From IMG/VR virus record IMGVR_UViG_3300027985_001623, positions 34,504 to 98,503 of that record: 64,000 nucleotides of DNA. The stretch is one strand, 5' to 3'. Position 1 is the first letter of the stretch. Every line of letters begins with the position of its first letter. The notes under the pieces are model-generated. The model saw only the letters and a program-made list of their open reading frames with translations, had not been told where the DNA came from and ran no database searches. The translations under genes and the position numbers were made by a program. Positions 55,202 through 63,891 of the stretch are shown piece by piece. The stretch comes from a virus.

Positions 55202-56356
55202 TCAGAAAAACAAATGAAAAATCCAATGCAAAAACGCAATCCCCTCAAAAGCAGCCGCCCCCAAGCCAAGGTAAAGGACCACCCGGGTTGCTCGATTAAC
55301 CTTCTGAATTCGCACCAAATGGCTCTCCACGAGGGCCAACTGCTGTTCGGCCTGCTCCGCCCGAGCAATCGAGGCATTCGCGTGGTCCACCAAAAGCAAA
55401 TCCGCCCCCACCAACCCGACTTCGTCCAATTGCTCCACCGAAAACCGCTCCCCGCCACTTCGAACCTCCCCCGCGAACCGTGCAGGGCACCGGCTCGGTT
55501 CACGCAAAGCAGGCGGCCTCCACGGCATCAGAGCCGGCGATTCAGGTGAGCGCCACTGTTCGACCATCTGAACCCCCGCTTCAGCAACCTTCTCAGCATC
55601 TTGCTCCCGCCAATAGGCATGGTCGTCGTACGCCACCGAAGGGCTCTCATTTCGCGCAACCTGATTAAATTCCATAGCAAACTCCACCGCTGAAAAGTAA
55701 ACCGCCACCTCCGGCACGCGGTACCATTGCGCGCCCGCAATGTGACAAATCTGTATCACCACGGCGTTTTCACGCATTTCAGTGACCAGACCCTTCCGAA
55801 GCACCTTGTAACACTCTTCCGTCAAATCCCGCCGCCGAACCAGAGCCGGCTTATCGGGGTCCATATTTCGAAACCGCGCCCAAAGGTCCACCACTCCAAA
55901 CGGTCGAGAAGCTGGCGGCTTCATAAAGGGCACGCTCAAAAGCAGTTTCCCCACGGGATTTTCCTCTAAAACTTCCTGCTCTTTGACCCCCGTGGTCGGC
56001 TCGGTTTCTGGCTCGGCACCGACGCCAGGTTCAACGTTTTCCGGGTAGTAAATCGCTACTTTCCAGGGGCCCGACATAGCACCCTGAGCATCACGGCCGG
56101 TGCAAAGATCGATTCGCGGGTTCTGAAAGCTGACCACGGTCGAGAACTCCGGAAATCCGGCGTGGGTAAAATCCGAAAGGTCTTCCCGACGAATTTTTAC
56201 CGGTCGGGTATGGCCCTGGGTGTTGTAACAGTCGATGAGGTCCAAGGTATTGACGCCCAGCTCCGGAGTTTTAGGGGTAAAAAACGGGTCACTTTCGCAA
56301 GGGTAGTCCGGGTACTGCGGGGACTTCGAAAAAATTTTGCTGATAAAATTTTTCAT
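55202..56356 (-). CDS. hypothetical protein with coiled coil and C-terminal TM anchor
   Basis: 384 aa; internal repeat IRREDLS/VRRRDLT with VAIYY/VAVYF; terminal hydrophobic helix. Confidence 0.65.
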   Translation of the reverse strand: MKNFISKIFSKSPQYPDYPCESDPFFTPKTPELGVNTLDLIDCYNTQGHTRPVKIRREDLSDFTHAGFPEFSTVVSFQNPRIDLCTGRDAQGAMSGPWKVAIYYPENVEPGVGAEPETEPTTGVKEQEVLEENPVGKLLLSVPFMKPPASRPFGVVDLWARFRNMDPDKPALVRRRDLTEECYKVLRKGLVTEMRENAVVIQICHIAGAQWYRVPEVAVYFSAVEFAMEFNQVARNESPSVAYDDHAYWREQDAEKVAEAGVQMVEQWRSPESPALMPWRPPALREPSRCPARFAGEVRSGGERFSVEQLDEVGLVGADLLLVDHANASIARAEQAEQQLALVESHLVRIQKVNRATRVVLYLGLGAAAFEGIAFLHWIFHLFF

Positions 56357-56656
56357 GGGGGGTGGCGGCAGGTGGAGGGGAATCCGGAAGGGGGCTCCCG
56401 GCTCGGGGCTTCGGATTCTGCACTGAAAGCGTACGGGGGCTAAAATAAAAATAGTTCAAAATTTATTCTGAAACCGTGGATATTGGCCAAACAAACGAGG
56501 GTGCTGGGTAACGACCCACCGTCCCCCACCCCCCATATACCCCCAAAAAGTGTAAGGAGCCTTACCCAGCAGTCGAACTGGTAATGACGCTCACACTAAG
56601 AGGCGAGGCGATAGGAGCCACGGAGCGGGCTCGACAGGTGGAGCCTAGCGCGAGAC

Positions 56657-56962
56657 CTAGCCCGCCACGTTAGCGGGCACACCGGGGCCGACACGGACCC
56701 AAATGAGCGAGTTCTCTCCGTCTTGCGTTGACACCCAGTCACCAGACCACCCAAGTCGGCTGGCGAGGGCACGTAGAGCCCACGTGTGGCGGCTCTGATT
56801 CGAGCCCGAAAAATTGTTTTCTACCTTGGCCCGCCGGCCAAGCCCCGCGGTTGCGAGGTAGTACGAGCTACCGTCCGCGCGAACCTTGTAAGTCGTTCGG
56901 ATGTTTTGAGTTTGCGAGTGGCGGGTGGAGGTATCGATGGGGGTTTGGCTTGGGGCGTTCAT
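56657..56962 (-). CDS. hypothetical early-type protein
   Basis: preceded by TTGCGC-17-TATAGT promoter and UUCG hairpin. Confidence 0.6.
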   Translation of the reverse strand: MNAPSQTPIDTSTRHSQTQNIRTTYKVRADGSSYYLATAGLGRRAKVENNFSGSNQSRHTWALRALASRLGWSGDWVSTQDGENSLIWVRVGPGVPANVAG

Positions 56963-57009
56963 GGTAGGTGCCTTTCGAGGGAGCCGGCGAACCGGCCTCC
57001 ATGCAAATC

Positions 57010-57038
57010 ACTATACTCGGGGCGATCGCTTGGCGCAA
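57010..57038 (-). promoter_or_regulatory. sigma70-type promoter
   Basis: TTGCGC-17-TATAGT. Confidence 0.65.
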
Positions 57039-57131
57039 GTGCTTTTTGTTGCGCATGTGTAGCGTTAGGCGTAACAAGCGCAAAAGCTTGATTTCGCCCC
57101 CAAAAAGAGTGCGAATTTTGGACGTTAGGGC

Positions 57132-57160
57132 TTGCGTTGACCAAGTTAGAATCCTATATA
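57132..57160 (+). promoter_or_regulatory. sigma70-type promoter
   Basis: TTGCGT-17-TATATA. Confidence 0.55.
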
Positions 57161-57197
57161 GAAAGTACACCGAAACAATCGGAACAGGATCCAGCAA

Positions 57198-57398
57198 ATG
57201 ACCAGTTTAATAATATCTGCACTGTTTCTCATCGTTTACCAAGGCGAATGTCCGGGGGCGGCCTATTTCATCGACGCCTACGACGAAGTCGACATAATCG
57301 AGGGCCACGTCCTTGTGGAGGGTTGTAGCGTGCCGTTCACTGTCGAGTTCGACGAAACGGACATCGAAGCCAAATACCGAAGGCTCAAGGGCGAATAA
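57198..57398 (+). CDS. small hypothetical, hydrophobic N-terminus
   Basis: AGGA SD, promoter upstream. Confidence 0.55.
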   Translation: MTSLIISALFLIVYQGECPGAAYFIDAYDEVDIIEGHVLVEGCSVPFTVEFDETDIEAKYRRLKGE

Positions 57399-58019
57399 AC
57401 TAGCCGGCAAACTTTATTCCCTAGGTTTGCCGGGATACTGGACGCTTTTCGGCCGAAAAAGTGTCTCACGAAACCGGTCGCTGACACGGCGGGGGACTCG
57501 TGCGATTGAAGAGCGATTTTGAACGCTAGCCCGGCGTAAAGTGCGGTTTTCGAAAAAGGCCACTTTTCGACCCTTGTTTTATTACGCAAAATGCTTATAC
57601 TATAAGTGTAGGACCGGGTTAGCAATAGATTCAATGCTCAAAATCGAGCTGAATCTACAGTGATATAAGACAAAACTAGTGAATTCTGTTCAGAATTCGA
57701 GAAATGGATAGCGTAAAGAGGCGAAAACAGCCTCCGAACTAGGATGCGGTGTGCGCGCTGGCAGGCGGTTCTTTGGGGGGTGGATTGTCGTTTATTTGGG
57801 CAGTTGGCGGGTTTGATTGGGGTTGTGCGGGGTGGTAGGGCGTATTGTGTGAAGCTGGCGGGTTATCTGGGGTGGGTGTGTCTAGGGGGTGTTTGGGCAT
57901 TAGGCCTGTAGCTTGTGGTGGTGGGGGTATTTGGTGGAGGGGCTCAGGGGTGCACGGTGTGGGCTGTTTTAGTATTTGGCTTATGATCTCTGCGGGGTGG
58001 GTTGTTTTTCTAGACTGGT

Positions 58020-58084
58020 CGCCCAAGATTAGTTCAGATTATATAAGCGGCGATAGGGGCGCCCGAGATTAGTTCAGATTATAT
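58020..58084. repeat. 25-bp direct repeat, 40-bp period
   Basis: CGCCC(A/G)AGATTAGTTCAGATTATAT at 58020 and 58060. Confidence 0.9.
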
Positions 58085-58135
58085 GCCGGTGTGGGCATGA
58101 GATACGGGGAAGATTGGGCCCACGTGTGCAGTGTT

Positions 58136-58354
58136 TCATGGGTAGTGATAGCGGACGGGCTCCGGAGCCGGCCAAGTTTTCCGCAGTTCTTCCAGTGCGT
58201 CGTAAATTCGCTCGAAAAGCTCGGGGGTGGGTTTCCGTTGTAGCCGTGTAGGCAGTGACCTCTTTGGTGCGTTGAAGCGCGAGGTGGGCTTCGTCGAGTT
58301 CGGTTGCGTAGAAACTAACCTCGCGCTGACGTTCGCTTCTGGTGAGCGTGTCAT
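58136..58354 (-). CDS. hypothetical protein
   Basis: 72-aa ORF downstream of minus-strand promoter repeat. Confidence 0.4.
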   Translation of the reverse strand: MTRSPEANVSARLVSTQPNSTKPTSRFNAPKRSLPTRLQRKPTPELFERIYDALEELRKTWPAPEPVRYHYP

Positions 58355-58375
58355 GGGGGGTGCGCGGGGGGTGGG

Positions 58376-58409
58376 TTGTGGAGCCTCAAAAGCTTTTGAG
58401 GCTCCACAA
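58376..58409. repeat. perfect 34-bp palindrome, no spacer
   Basis: TTGTGGAGCCTCAAAAG|CTTTTGAGGCTCCACAA. Confidence 0.95.
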
Positions 58410-58432
58410 ACGGGGTGGGTTGTTTTTTGGGC

Positions 58433-58600
58433 TTACGCGAACGACCAGTCGCCGGCCGAGTAGGTGGCGAGAGTTCGGCACTCGTTGAACGTGCGGGCCG
58501 TGGGTGCGTAGGTGGGGGCTGGATTGGCGAGGTCGGCCAGTTTGCGGGCGAAAGGGGCGATAGCGACGAGAGCGGTGGTGATGGCGAGAAAGGTAAACAT
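58433..58600 (-). CDS. small protein with hydrophobic N-terminus (not in ORF track)
   Basis: MFTFLAITTALVAIAPFARK...WSFA*, 55 aa, directly behind a promoter/leader repeat. Confidence 0.55.
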   Translation of the reverse strand: MFTFLAITTALVAIAPFARKLADLANPAPTYAPTARTFNECRTLATYSAGDWSFA

Positions 58601-58706
58601 TTTCGGGGGTCTTTCTTTCGGAGCTTCGCGGCTCCGTTCGGTGTGGTCCTGTTATAATTCTTTGCTTTCTTTGATGCAAGTGTTTTTCTTGACTTAATTG
58701 GCGCGA
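58601..58706 (-). promoter_or_regulatory. promoter/leader repeat
   Basis: TTGCAT(58679-58674)-17-TATAAC(58656-58651), CGAAAGAAAG leader. Confidence 0.8.
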
Positions 58707-58750
58707 ATAGCGGTGAGCGTGGCAATGGCGCACCATAGGCTCGTTCTGAA

Positions 58751-58810
58751 ACACTTGCGTCAAGTAAAACAAAGAACTATAAAGGAGGCACCTCGAAAGA
58801 AAGACCCGCC
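58751..58810 (+). promoter_or_regulatory. promoter/leader repeat
   Basis: TTGCGT(58755)-17-TATAAA(58778). Confidence 0.8.
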
Positions 58811-59110
58811 ATGAAAGTCGCACTCAAATTCGAAATCCGCGTTGACCCGCAATATCCAAATTCTGCCCGCTGGTACGTTTCCGGGACGGTTGGTCGCACC
58901 AAAGTTGCTGGCGAAACGTCAATGCACGTACACCGGCACATCACGTCAGCTGACCGGTTCGAAGCAACGGCTCACGGTGCAGATTATGTTTCGCGAGTGA
59001 ATCGCGTGGATGGTCGCGGGGCACCGTCTGATTTCGCCCGGTGTCTTATTGGGCAAGAATTCAAGAAAGTCGCGTGCGCATGGCTTCGCGGCGAAGATGG
59101 CGCCAACTAG
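58811..59110 (+). CDS. hypothetical early-type protein
   Basis: behind promoter repeat; last codons lie inside next repeat. Confidence 0.7.
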   Translation: MKVALKFEIRVDPQYPNSARWYVSGTVGRTKVAGETSMHVHRHITSADRFEATAHGADYVSRVNRVDGRGAPSDFARCLIGQEFKKVACAWLRGEDGAN

Positions 59111-59185
59111 TACAAAGAAATAACTTGCACTAGTTAAAGCAAAGAACTATAACAAGAACACCCCCGAAAGAAAGCAGCTCACGCC
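59090..59185 (+). promoter_or_regulatory. promoter/leader repeat
   Basis: TTGCAC(59125)-17-TATAAC(59148). Confidence 0.85.
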
Positions 59186-59617
59186 ATGAACACCAAAATC
59201 GACTTCACCGTTTTCGCGCCCATCCTCGAAACCCTCCGCAACAAAGGCGAAGTATACTTCATTGATTTGCTGGCCTATATCGCCGGCGCAATCGAGAACG
59301 GTCGGGCTCCGCAATACTGGTCGCGCTACCTCAACGATGCGCAAGTGCAGATTTCGAGCCGCCGAGCCCATCCGGGCGCTGTCGATGTTTGCCTCGAACC
59401 GATGGAACGAGCACTCGAACTGCTCAAGGCGTACGACGGAAACACGGGGCTGTCGTGGTATTTCGGCGTTTACACGATATCAGACGCAAGCCTCGCGCAA
59501 CTTGACGTCGCAGCGTACGTAGCCATGGCTCCCGACCATTTCGCAACCTGGTTTACTGCTCGTTGCTCGGCAGCCCGAAACGCCTACGAAGCGCGCCTCG
59601 CCCGGCACGACGTCTGA
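59186..59617 (+). CDS. hypothetical early-type protein
   Basis: behind promoter repeat. Confidence 0.75.
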   Translation: MNTKIDFTVFAPILETLRNKGEVYFIDLLAYIAGAIENGRAPQYWSRYLNDAQVQISSRRAHPGAVDVCLEPMERALELLKAYDGNTGLSWYFGVYTISDASLAQLDVAAYVAMAPDHFATWFTARCSAARNAYEARLARHDV

Positions 59618-59631
59618 TTTCGCGCTAGTCT

Positions 59632-59722
59632 AGCGAGTTTGGCGCTAAATAAGTCAAGAAAAACGCTTGCGTCAAGTAAAGCAAGTTGGTAGAACTTGGG
59701 TGTCTCGAAAGAAAGCCCCGCC
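59632..59722 (+). promoter_or_regulatory. promoter/leader repeat
   Basis: TTGCGT(59667)-17-TAGAAC(59690). Confidence 0.75.
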
Positions 59723-60205
59723 ATGAACAAAGCCGAAATCGCCCGAACCGTCGCCACCTACGAAGCCGAGCAAGACGCCCGCAATCGTGCGAATCCGCAC
59801 CTTGCGAACATTCAAACCCAAATCCGTCAAGGTCTTGTGGTCGAAATGGTCGCGTTCGAGAAGGATTTGACGCGCTACTGGGCAGCAAGCCGGAAACTCG
59901 AACGGGCGCTCGAACTGCTCAAGGTGGGAGACGACTCAATGCCGGTTGAGAAAGCTCGCAAGCTTTGGGACGCGATGGAGCGCCACGCCGTTTCAACGGC
60001 CATGGCTTGCACGGTCAACGCGAATTCGACCCGGCTCGCAACCGAACTAAGCCTCGCGACGGAGCAAAACGCCGTCGCTCGATTGGAGCGTCGACAAGCT
60101 CGCGCTACGGTGGCAAGCCGTGCGGGCACGGAGCAATCGACAAGTCATGCTAGCGCGGCGGCGGCAAGCTACGAAAAAGAGCTGCGCATCGCGTTTCGCC
60201 GTTAG
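59723..60205 (+). CDS. helical hypothetical early-type protein
   Basis: ATG 59723 behind repeat. Confidence 0.75.
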   Translation: MNKAEIARTVATYEAEQDARNRANPHLANIQTQIRQGLVVEMVAFEKDLTRYWAASRKLERALELLKVGDDSMPVEKARKLWDAMERHAVSTAMACTVNANSTRLATELSLATEQNAVARLERRQARATVASRAGTEQSTSHASAAAASYEKELRIAFRR

Positions 60206-60240
60206 GCGGTGCACTTCCCTAGCACAAAAAGAGTCCAAAA

Positions 60241-60663
60241 ATGGTCGTTCAATTTTTATCGCAAACCCACCTTGCCGTGATCGCGGCGCACATCACCCGC
60301 ACGGAGCTTACAAATGTGCCGTTCTATTCGCAAGCGGATCACGCCAAAGCGTTTCAAGAACGCTTCACGAGCGTATTCGAGGACCTCGCCCACGCCAATC
60401 TACAAGCGTTTCGCTGGCGATACGGCGCTTTGGTTTCGGCGGTTTCGTGCCATAAACCGCCGGCCGACGGTAGCGACCCAAAGTACCAGCGCGCCCCGAT
60501 CGCCGTCCTCAAGGCCGCGTATCAGTTCCTTGACCAGTGCGCAACGGGGTTCCAGTGGCGAACGCTCGCCGGCTGCCAACACGTGGACGCGTTGATTCGC
60601 GACTTCGTTAGGATGCTTCCCGGCTATGCGGAAGCGCCCGATTTTATCGACGACTGCACTTGA
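60241..60663 (+). CDS. conserved-type hypothetical protein
   Basis: AN...RY, PIAVLKA..QF..QC, LPGYAEAP motifs. Confidence 0.7.
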   Translation: MVVQFLSQTHLAVIAAHITRTELTNVPFYSQADHAKAFQERFTSVFEDLAHANLQAFRWRYGALVSAVSCHKPPADGSDPKYQRAPIAVLKAAYQFLDQCATGFQWRTLAGCQHVDALIRDFVRMLPGYAEAPDFIDDCT

Positions 60664-60670
60664 CGCACGC

Positions 60671-60766
60671 TTGGCGAGACTAGCGCGAACTAAAACAAAA
60701 AAAGAACTTGCACTAGTTAAAGCAAAGAACTATAACAAGAACACCCCGAGAGAAAGAGTTCAGATT
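60671..60766 (+). promoter_or_regulatory. promoter/leader repeat
   Basis: TTGCAC(60708)-17-TATAAC(60731). Confidence 0.85.
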
Positions 60767-61228
60767 ATGAGCATGGCGCAAAAATTCGTTTTCGCAGGTG
60801 TTAAAACGCAACTCACAAAATTTGGATACGTTCGCAAACCAGCGCTTTTGCGGATGCTCCGAAGCGCGGATGTCCAGCTTCTCACGCGTTACCGACATAC
60901 CGATGATTATCAATGGGATGCGGCGTGTCGAGCCGAAGAGGGTATCGAGCGATGCCCCCTCGACCTCGCACGCGACATCGAAAAGAACGGAAGCGACGGC
61001 TGGCGAGCCGAGCCCGGGAAAACTCCGAACACCGTCGAAATCCATTGCTACCACTTTCTCTCGCTTATTTTGCAGTACAAGCCCGAAATGCACGACACGA
61101 CACCAGCAAGCGACGACTTGGAAACCCGAGCCCGCGCCAAAATTCGTGCACGAATCGAGCACGCCGAAATGCAACGCGAGCTTGAAGCCCGCCTTGAGGC
61201 CAATCCCTACGCGGAACTCTTGAGCTAG
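60767..61228 (+). CDS. hypothetical early-type protein
   Basis: ATG 60767; YRHTDDYQWDA motif. Confidence 0.7.
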   Translation: MSMAQKFVFAGVKTQLTKFGYVRKPALLRMLRSADVQLLTRYRHTDDYQWDAACRAEEGIERCPLDLARDIEKNGSDGWRAEPGKTPNTVEIHCYHFLSLILQYKPEMHDTTPASDDLETRARAKIRARIEHAEMQRELEARLEANPYAELLS

Positions 61229-61281
61229 GCAACCCGCAAGAACAAAACAAGAACGCCACCTCAAAAGAAAAAGTTCAGACC

Positions 61282-61767
61282 ATGCGCATGACACTAGCCC
61301 ACAACCCGAACACCTTCGCCACACCGCAACCCGCAATCGCGACCATTGAAAGCGACAAATGGACCGTCGAAACACTCACGCGATTCGCCGCCGAGCACAA
61401 CGCAGAGCCAGCAAGCGAAACACGTCTCGCATGGATTGCGGAGCATCTCCCCGCGAGAGCGCAACTCTCAACCACGCAAATGGTTCAACTGATCACGGTT
61501 CGCCGTGTTGCCTATGATGGCACGGTTACGCTTCCACATGGCCGTTATCACCGATTGTCACGGGGGAAAGGCTGGGCGCGATTAGGCCGTGGCGATAATG
61601 TGCAGTGGGGTGCGAATACGGGAAAAACGTGGCGCGTCACGTCGCCGGGCGAGTGGACCGTCCAAAGTTCGGACGGGTTCGACCGGGACGAGACGACAAC
61701 GTGGGAAGTGTACGCGTTGGACTTTCACTCGGACACGGGCGCCCATCGTTGGCTAATCGCCGACTAG
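61282..61767 (+). CDS. hypothetical early-type protein
   Basis: leader half of repeat upstream; LSRGKGWAR.G.G...WG motif. Confidence 0.7.
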   Translation: MRMTLAHNPNTFATPQPAIATIESDKWTVETLTRFAAEHNAEPASETRLAWIAEHLPARAQLSTTQMVQLITVRRVAYDGTVTLPHGRYHRLSRGKGWARLGRGDNVQWGANTGKTWRVTSPGEWTVQSSDGFDRDETTTWEVYALDFHSDTGAHRWLIAD

Positions 61768-61791
61768 CTGCTTCCACGTTCACACCTCACT

Positions 61792-61829
61792 AGAGCCCAT
61801 TCGGAAACCGTTTCCGAATGGGCTCTTTT
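61792..61829 (+). terminator. intrinsic terminator
   Basis: AGAGCCCATTCGGAAA-CCG-TTTCCGAATGGGCTCT then TTT. Confidence 0.8.
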
Positions 61830-61864
61830 CGTTTAGGCCTGTCTACCCGCTATACGCGCGCTCA

Positions 61865-61962
61865 TAGCGAGTTTGGCGCCAACTAGTTCAAGAAAAGAAC
61901 TTGCGTCAAGTAAAGCAAAGAACTATAACAAGAACACCACCCCGAGAGAAAGAGTCCAGACC
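61865..61962 (+). promoter_or_regulatory. promoter/leader repeat
   Basis: TTGCGT(61901)-17-TATAAC(61924). Confidence 0.85.
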
Positions 61963-62307
61963 ATGACCACCGACACCGAAATCACCGCACGAATCACGTT
62001 TTCCGAACTCTGCTCGCCCACGGGTCGAATGACCGTCGCCAGCATGAATGCGCTTCTGAACTCGCAGCAAATCCCCACCGGGCGCGGTTATTTCAAAACC
62101 TCGGTCGAAGTATGCACGCCCGCGGGTCGAATCAGCGTGCCGATCGACCTTGAGCCCGGCGGGTACTATGACGTCGCGAATTCAGCCCGTGCTCGCTTGG
62201 CCGGCTCCCGCCATGTCGCCACATTAACGCCTTCCCTGGACACGCCGACCCGCCGCGCGCGCATCGACGTAATGACCCGAATCGTTGCGGAGCTTGACGG
62301 CCTCTAG
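61963..62307 (+). CDS. hypothetical early-type protein
   Basis: ATG 61963 behind repeat. Confidence 0.7.
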   Translation: MTTDTEITARITFSELCSPTGRMTVASMNALLNSQQIPTGRGYFKTSVEVCTPAGRISVPIDLEPGGYYDVANSARARLAGSRHVATLTPSLDTPTRRARIDVMTRIVAELDGL

Positions 62308-62314
62308 CGTCACT

Positions 62315-62391
62315 TGCGCTAGTTAGGTCAAGAAAAACACTTGCGTACGTTATAGCCGTGCGCTAGAAACGATCAACCCTAAGGAGCCGCC
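62315..62391 (+). promoter_or_regulatory. degenerate promoter repeat
   Basis: GTCAAGAAAAACAC-TTGCGT(62341)-17-TAGAAA; AAGGAG SD. Confidence 0.65.
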
Positions 62392-62799
62392 ATGAACACC
62401 GCCCCGCAATCTCCCGAATTCGAGAACCTACTCGAACGCGCCGAAAGTCTACTCGATACGCACATCACCGCCATTTTGACCCACGCAAACGCATGGATTC
62501 AAGTGGGTCACTTGAGCTTGCACGACATCCGCACGGAGCGGACTGAGTTCACGCTACACGTGGGCGGCGATGGTTCCGTGCCCACGGCGAAAAACTTCGC
62601 GTGCGTGTATTGGATGGGCGGCACGGAACCGCCGCGCGCTTGGGCGATGGCACTCGCGATTGCCCAACGTCGGCCGGACATGCTGGCGGAGTTTATCGGC
62701 CAGCACGCGGTCGACCACATCATCGAAGTTACGAATCTCGACGTGGCCGAAATCGTCATGCGTCTAGAAAGCAGCAGAAGCCAACATGAGACGACTTAA
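62392..62799 (+). CDS. hypothetical early-type protein
   Basis: SD and promoter upstream. Confidence 0.7.
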   Translation: MNTAPQSPEFENLLERAESLLDTHITAILTHANAWIQVGHLSLHDIRTERTEFTLHVGGDGSVPTAKNFACVYWMGGTEPPRAWAMALAIAQRRPDMLAEFIGQHAVDHIIEVTNLDVAEIVMRLESSRSQHETT

Positions 62800-62953
62800 A
62801 AAATCCCGCCCCTTGCTACCGTTCGTTCGCCGAAAACGCTCCACGCGGCGCGGAAGCGCCTTGGCGATGTTCTTTTACGGCCTGGGTGTTTTGTTTGGCG
62901 CCGTAATAATCACGTCATGGTTCAAAAAGGACCGGAGGACCGGCGATGGATAA
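62786..62953 (+). CDS. small single-TM protein with basic N-terminus (not in ORF track)
   Basis: MRRLKKSRPLLPFVRRKRSTRRGSALAMFFYGLGVLFGAVIITSWFKK..., 55 aa, overlaps both neighbours. Confidence 0.5.
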   Translation: MRRLKKSRPLLPFVRRKRSTRRGSALAMFFYGLGVLFGAVIITSWFKKDRRTGDG

Positions 62954-63527
62954 GTTGGTCGATTACGCGTGCACGGTGTGCTTTGTGGAGTTCCAAGCCG
63001 GTGACCACGGCGTGATTGCGTGTCCGAAGTGTCAGAAACCGCACACGGTTTCGTTGCAATCCGTACTCGTCGAGTTTTTCGGCGAGGATTGGCGCAAATG
63101 TGGGCCCATCAAACCGAACGACTATTACACGGCTTGGATTTTTGCCCATGTTGACCAACAAACAAAGGGTTACGGGCAATGCGAACAGGTCACGGCCGCA
63201 ATGGTGCAGGCCTTCCCGGAGCTTGAGCGCCGAAAGGGCATCATTCGTACCTTGTGTTGGGGCGAGCGAACGCATTGGTGGTGCCGAACCGCCGGTGGGG
63301 CCATCGTAGACCCCACCGCGGGGCAGTTTCCTGGGCACTCGACGCAACCGTCGCGCCTCGTGGCAAAAGCGATTTACGAAGATATGTCGGACTGCACCGA
63401 TGAGGAGTTGGCGGATCGGGTACCTAGTGGCGTATGCGCAAATTGCGGGACACCGGTTTTTCACGGGGACTCGTTTTGTAGCACCGCGTGCCAAAACGCT
63501 ACGTTGCGATACCTGAACAGCATTTGA
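62946..63527 (+). CDS. zinc-finger protein with transglutaminase/papain-like Cys-His-Asp motif
   Basis: CTVC..CPKC; YGQCE, THWW, IVDPT..QF; CANC..FCSTAC. Confidence 0.6.
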   Translation: MDKLVDYACTVCFVEFQAGDHGVIACPKCQKPHTVSLQSVLVEFFGEDWRKCGPIKPNDYYTAWIFAHVDQQTKGYGQCEQVTAAMVQAFPELERRKGIIRTLCWGERTHWWCRTAGGAIVDPTAGQFPGHSTQPSRLVAKAIYEDMSDCTDEELADRVPSGVCANCGTPVFHGDSFCSTACQNATLRYLNSI

Positions 63528-63541
63528 TTTCGCGCAAGTTT

Positions 63542-63632
63542 GGTGAAGATGGCGCCAACTAGGGCAAAGAAATAACTTGCACTAGTTAAAGCAAAGAATT
63601 ATAACAAGAGCACCCCGAAAGAAACGCAGACC
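63542..63632 (+). promoter_or_regulatory. promoter/leader repeat
   Basis: TTGCAC(63577)-17-TATAAC(63600); near-identical to the 59090 copy. Confidence 0.85.
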
Positions 63633-63866
63633 ATGAGCACCACCACTCTTCAAACTTTCATCGTGCGAAACCCCTCCGACGAAAACGAAACCGAAGCCTG
63701 GACGTGTGAAGCCGCGTCAATGCGTGATGCCGCCCACCGGTACCTCGCGACGTTTTGGTCCGCCGAGCAGCGCGACAACGGAACCTGGTTCTCACCGACT
63801 TACACGGGGGACATCGACGGCGGTGACCTTGAGATTTTTGCGGTGTTTGAGGGATGCGGGGCCTAG
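63633..63866 (+). CDS. hypothetical early-type protein
   Basis: behind repeat. Confidence 0.7.
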   Translation: MSTTTLQTFIVRNPSDENETEAWTCEAASMRDAAHRYLATFWSAEQRDNGTWFSPTYTGDIDGGDLEIFAVFEGCGA

Positions 63867-63891
63867 TTTTAGAAGGAAAGCAGTTCAGCCT

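Noticed and set aside
57739-58026. Pro/Thr-rich ORF
   Set aside because: TTG start without RBS; composition follows from the G skew.
58020-58084. Mini-CRISPR
   Set aside because: Two copies only, with a 15-bp spacer.
58601-63632. CRISPR array or integron attC array
   Set aside because: Repeats are separated by whole genes, contain -35/-10 boxes, lack attC palindromic boxes; no cas or integrase seen.
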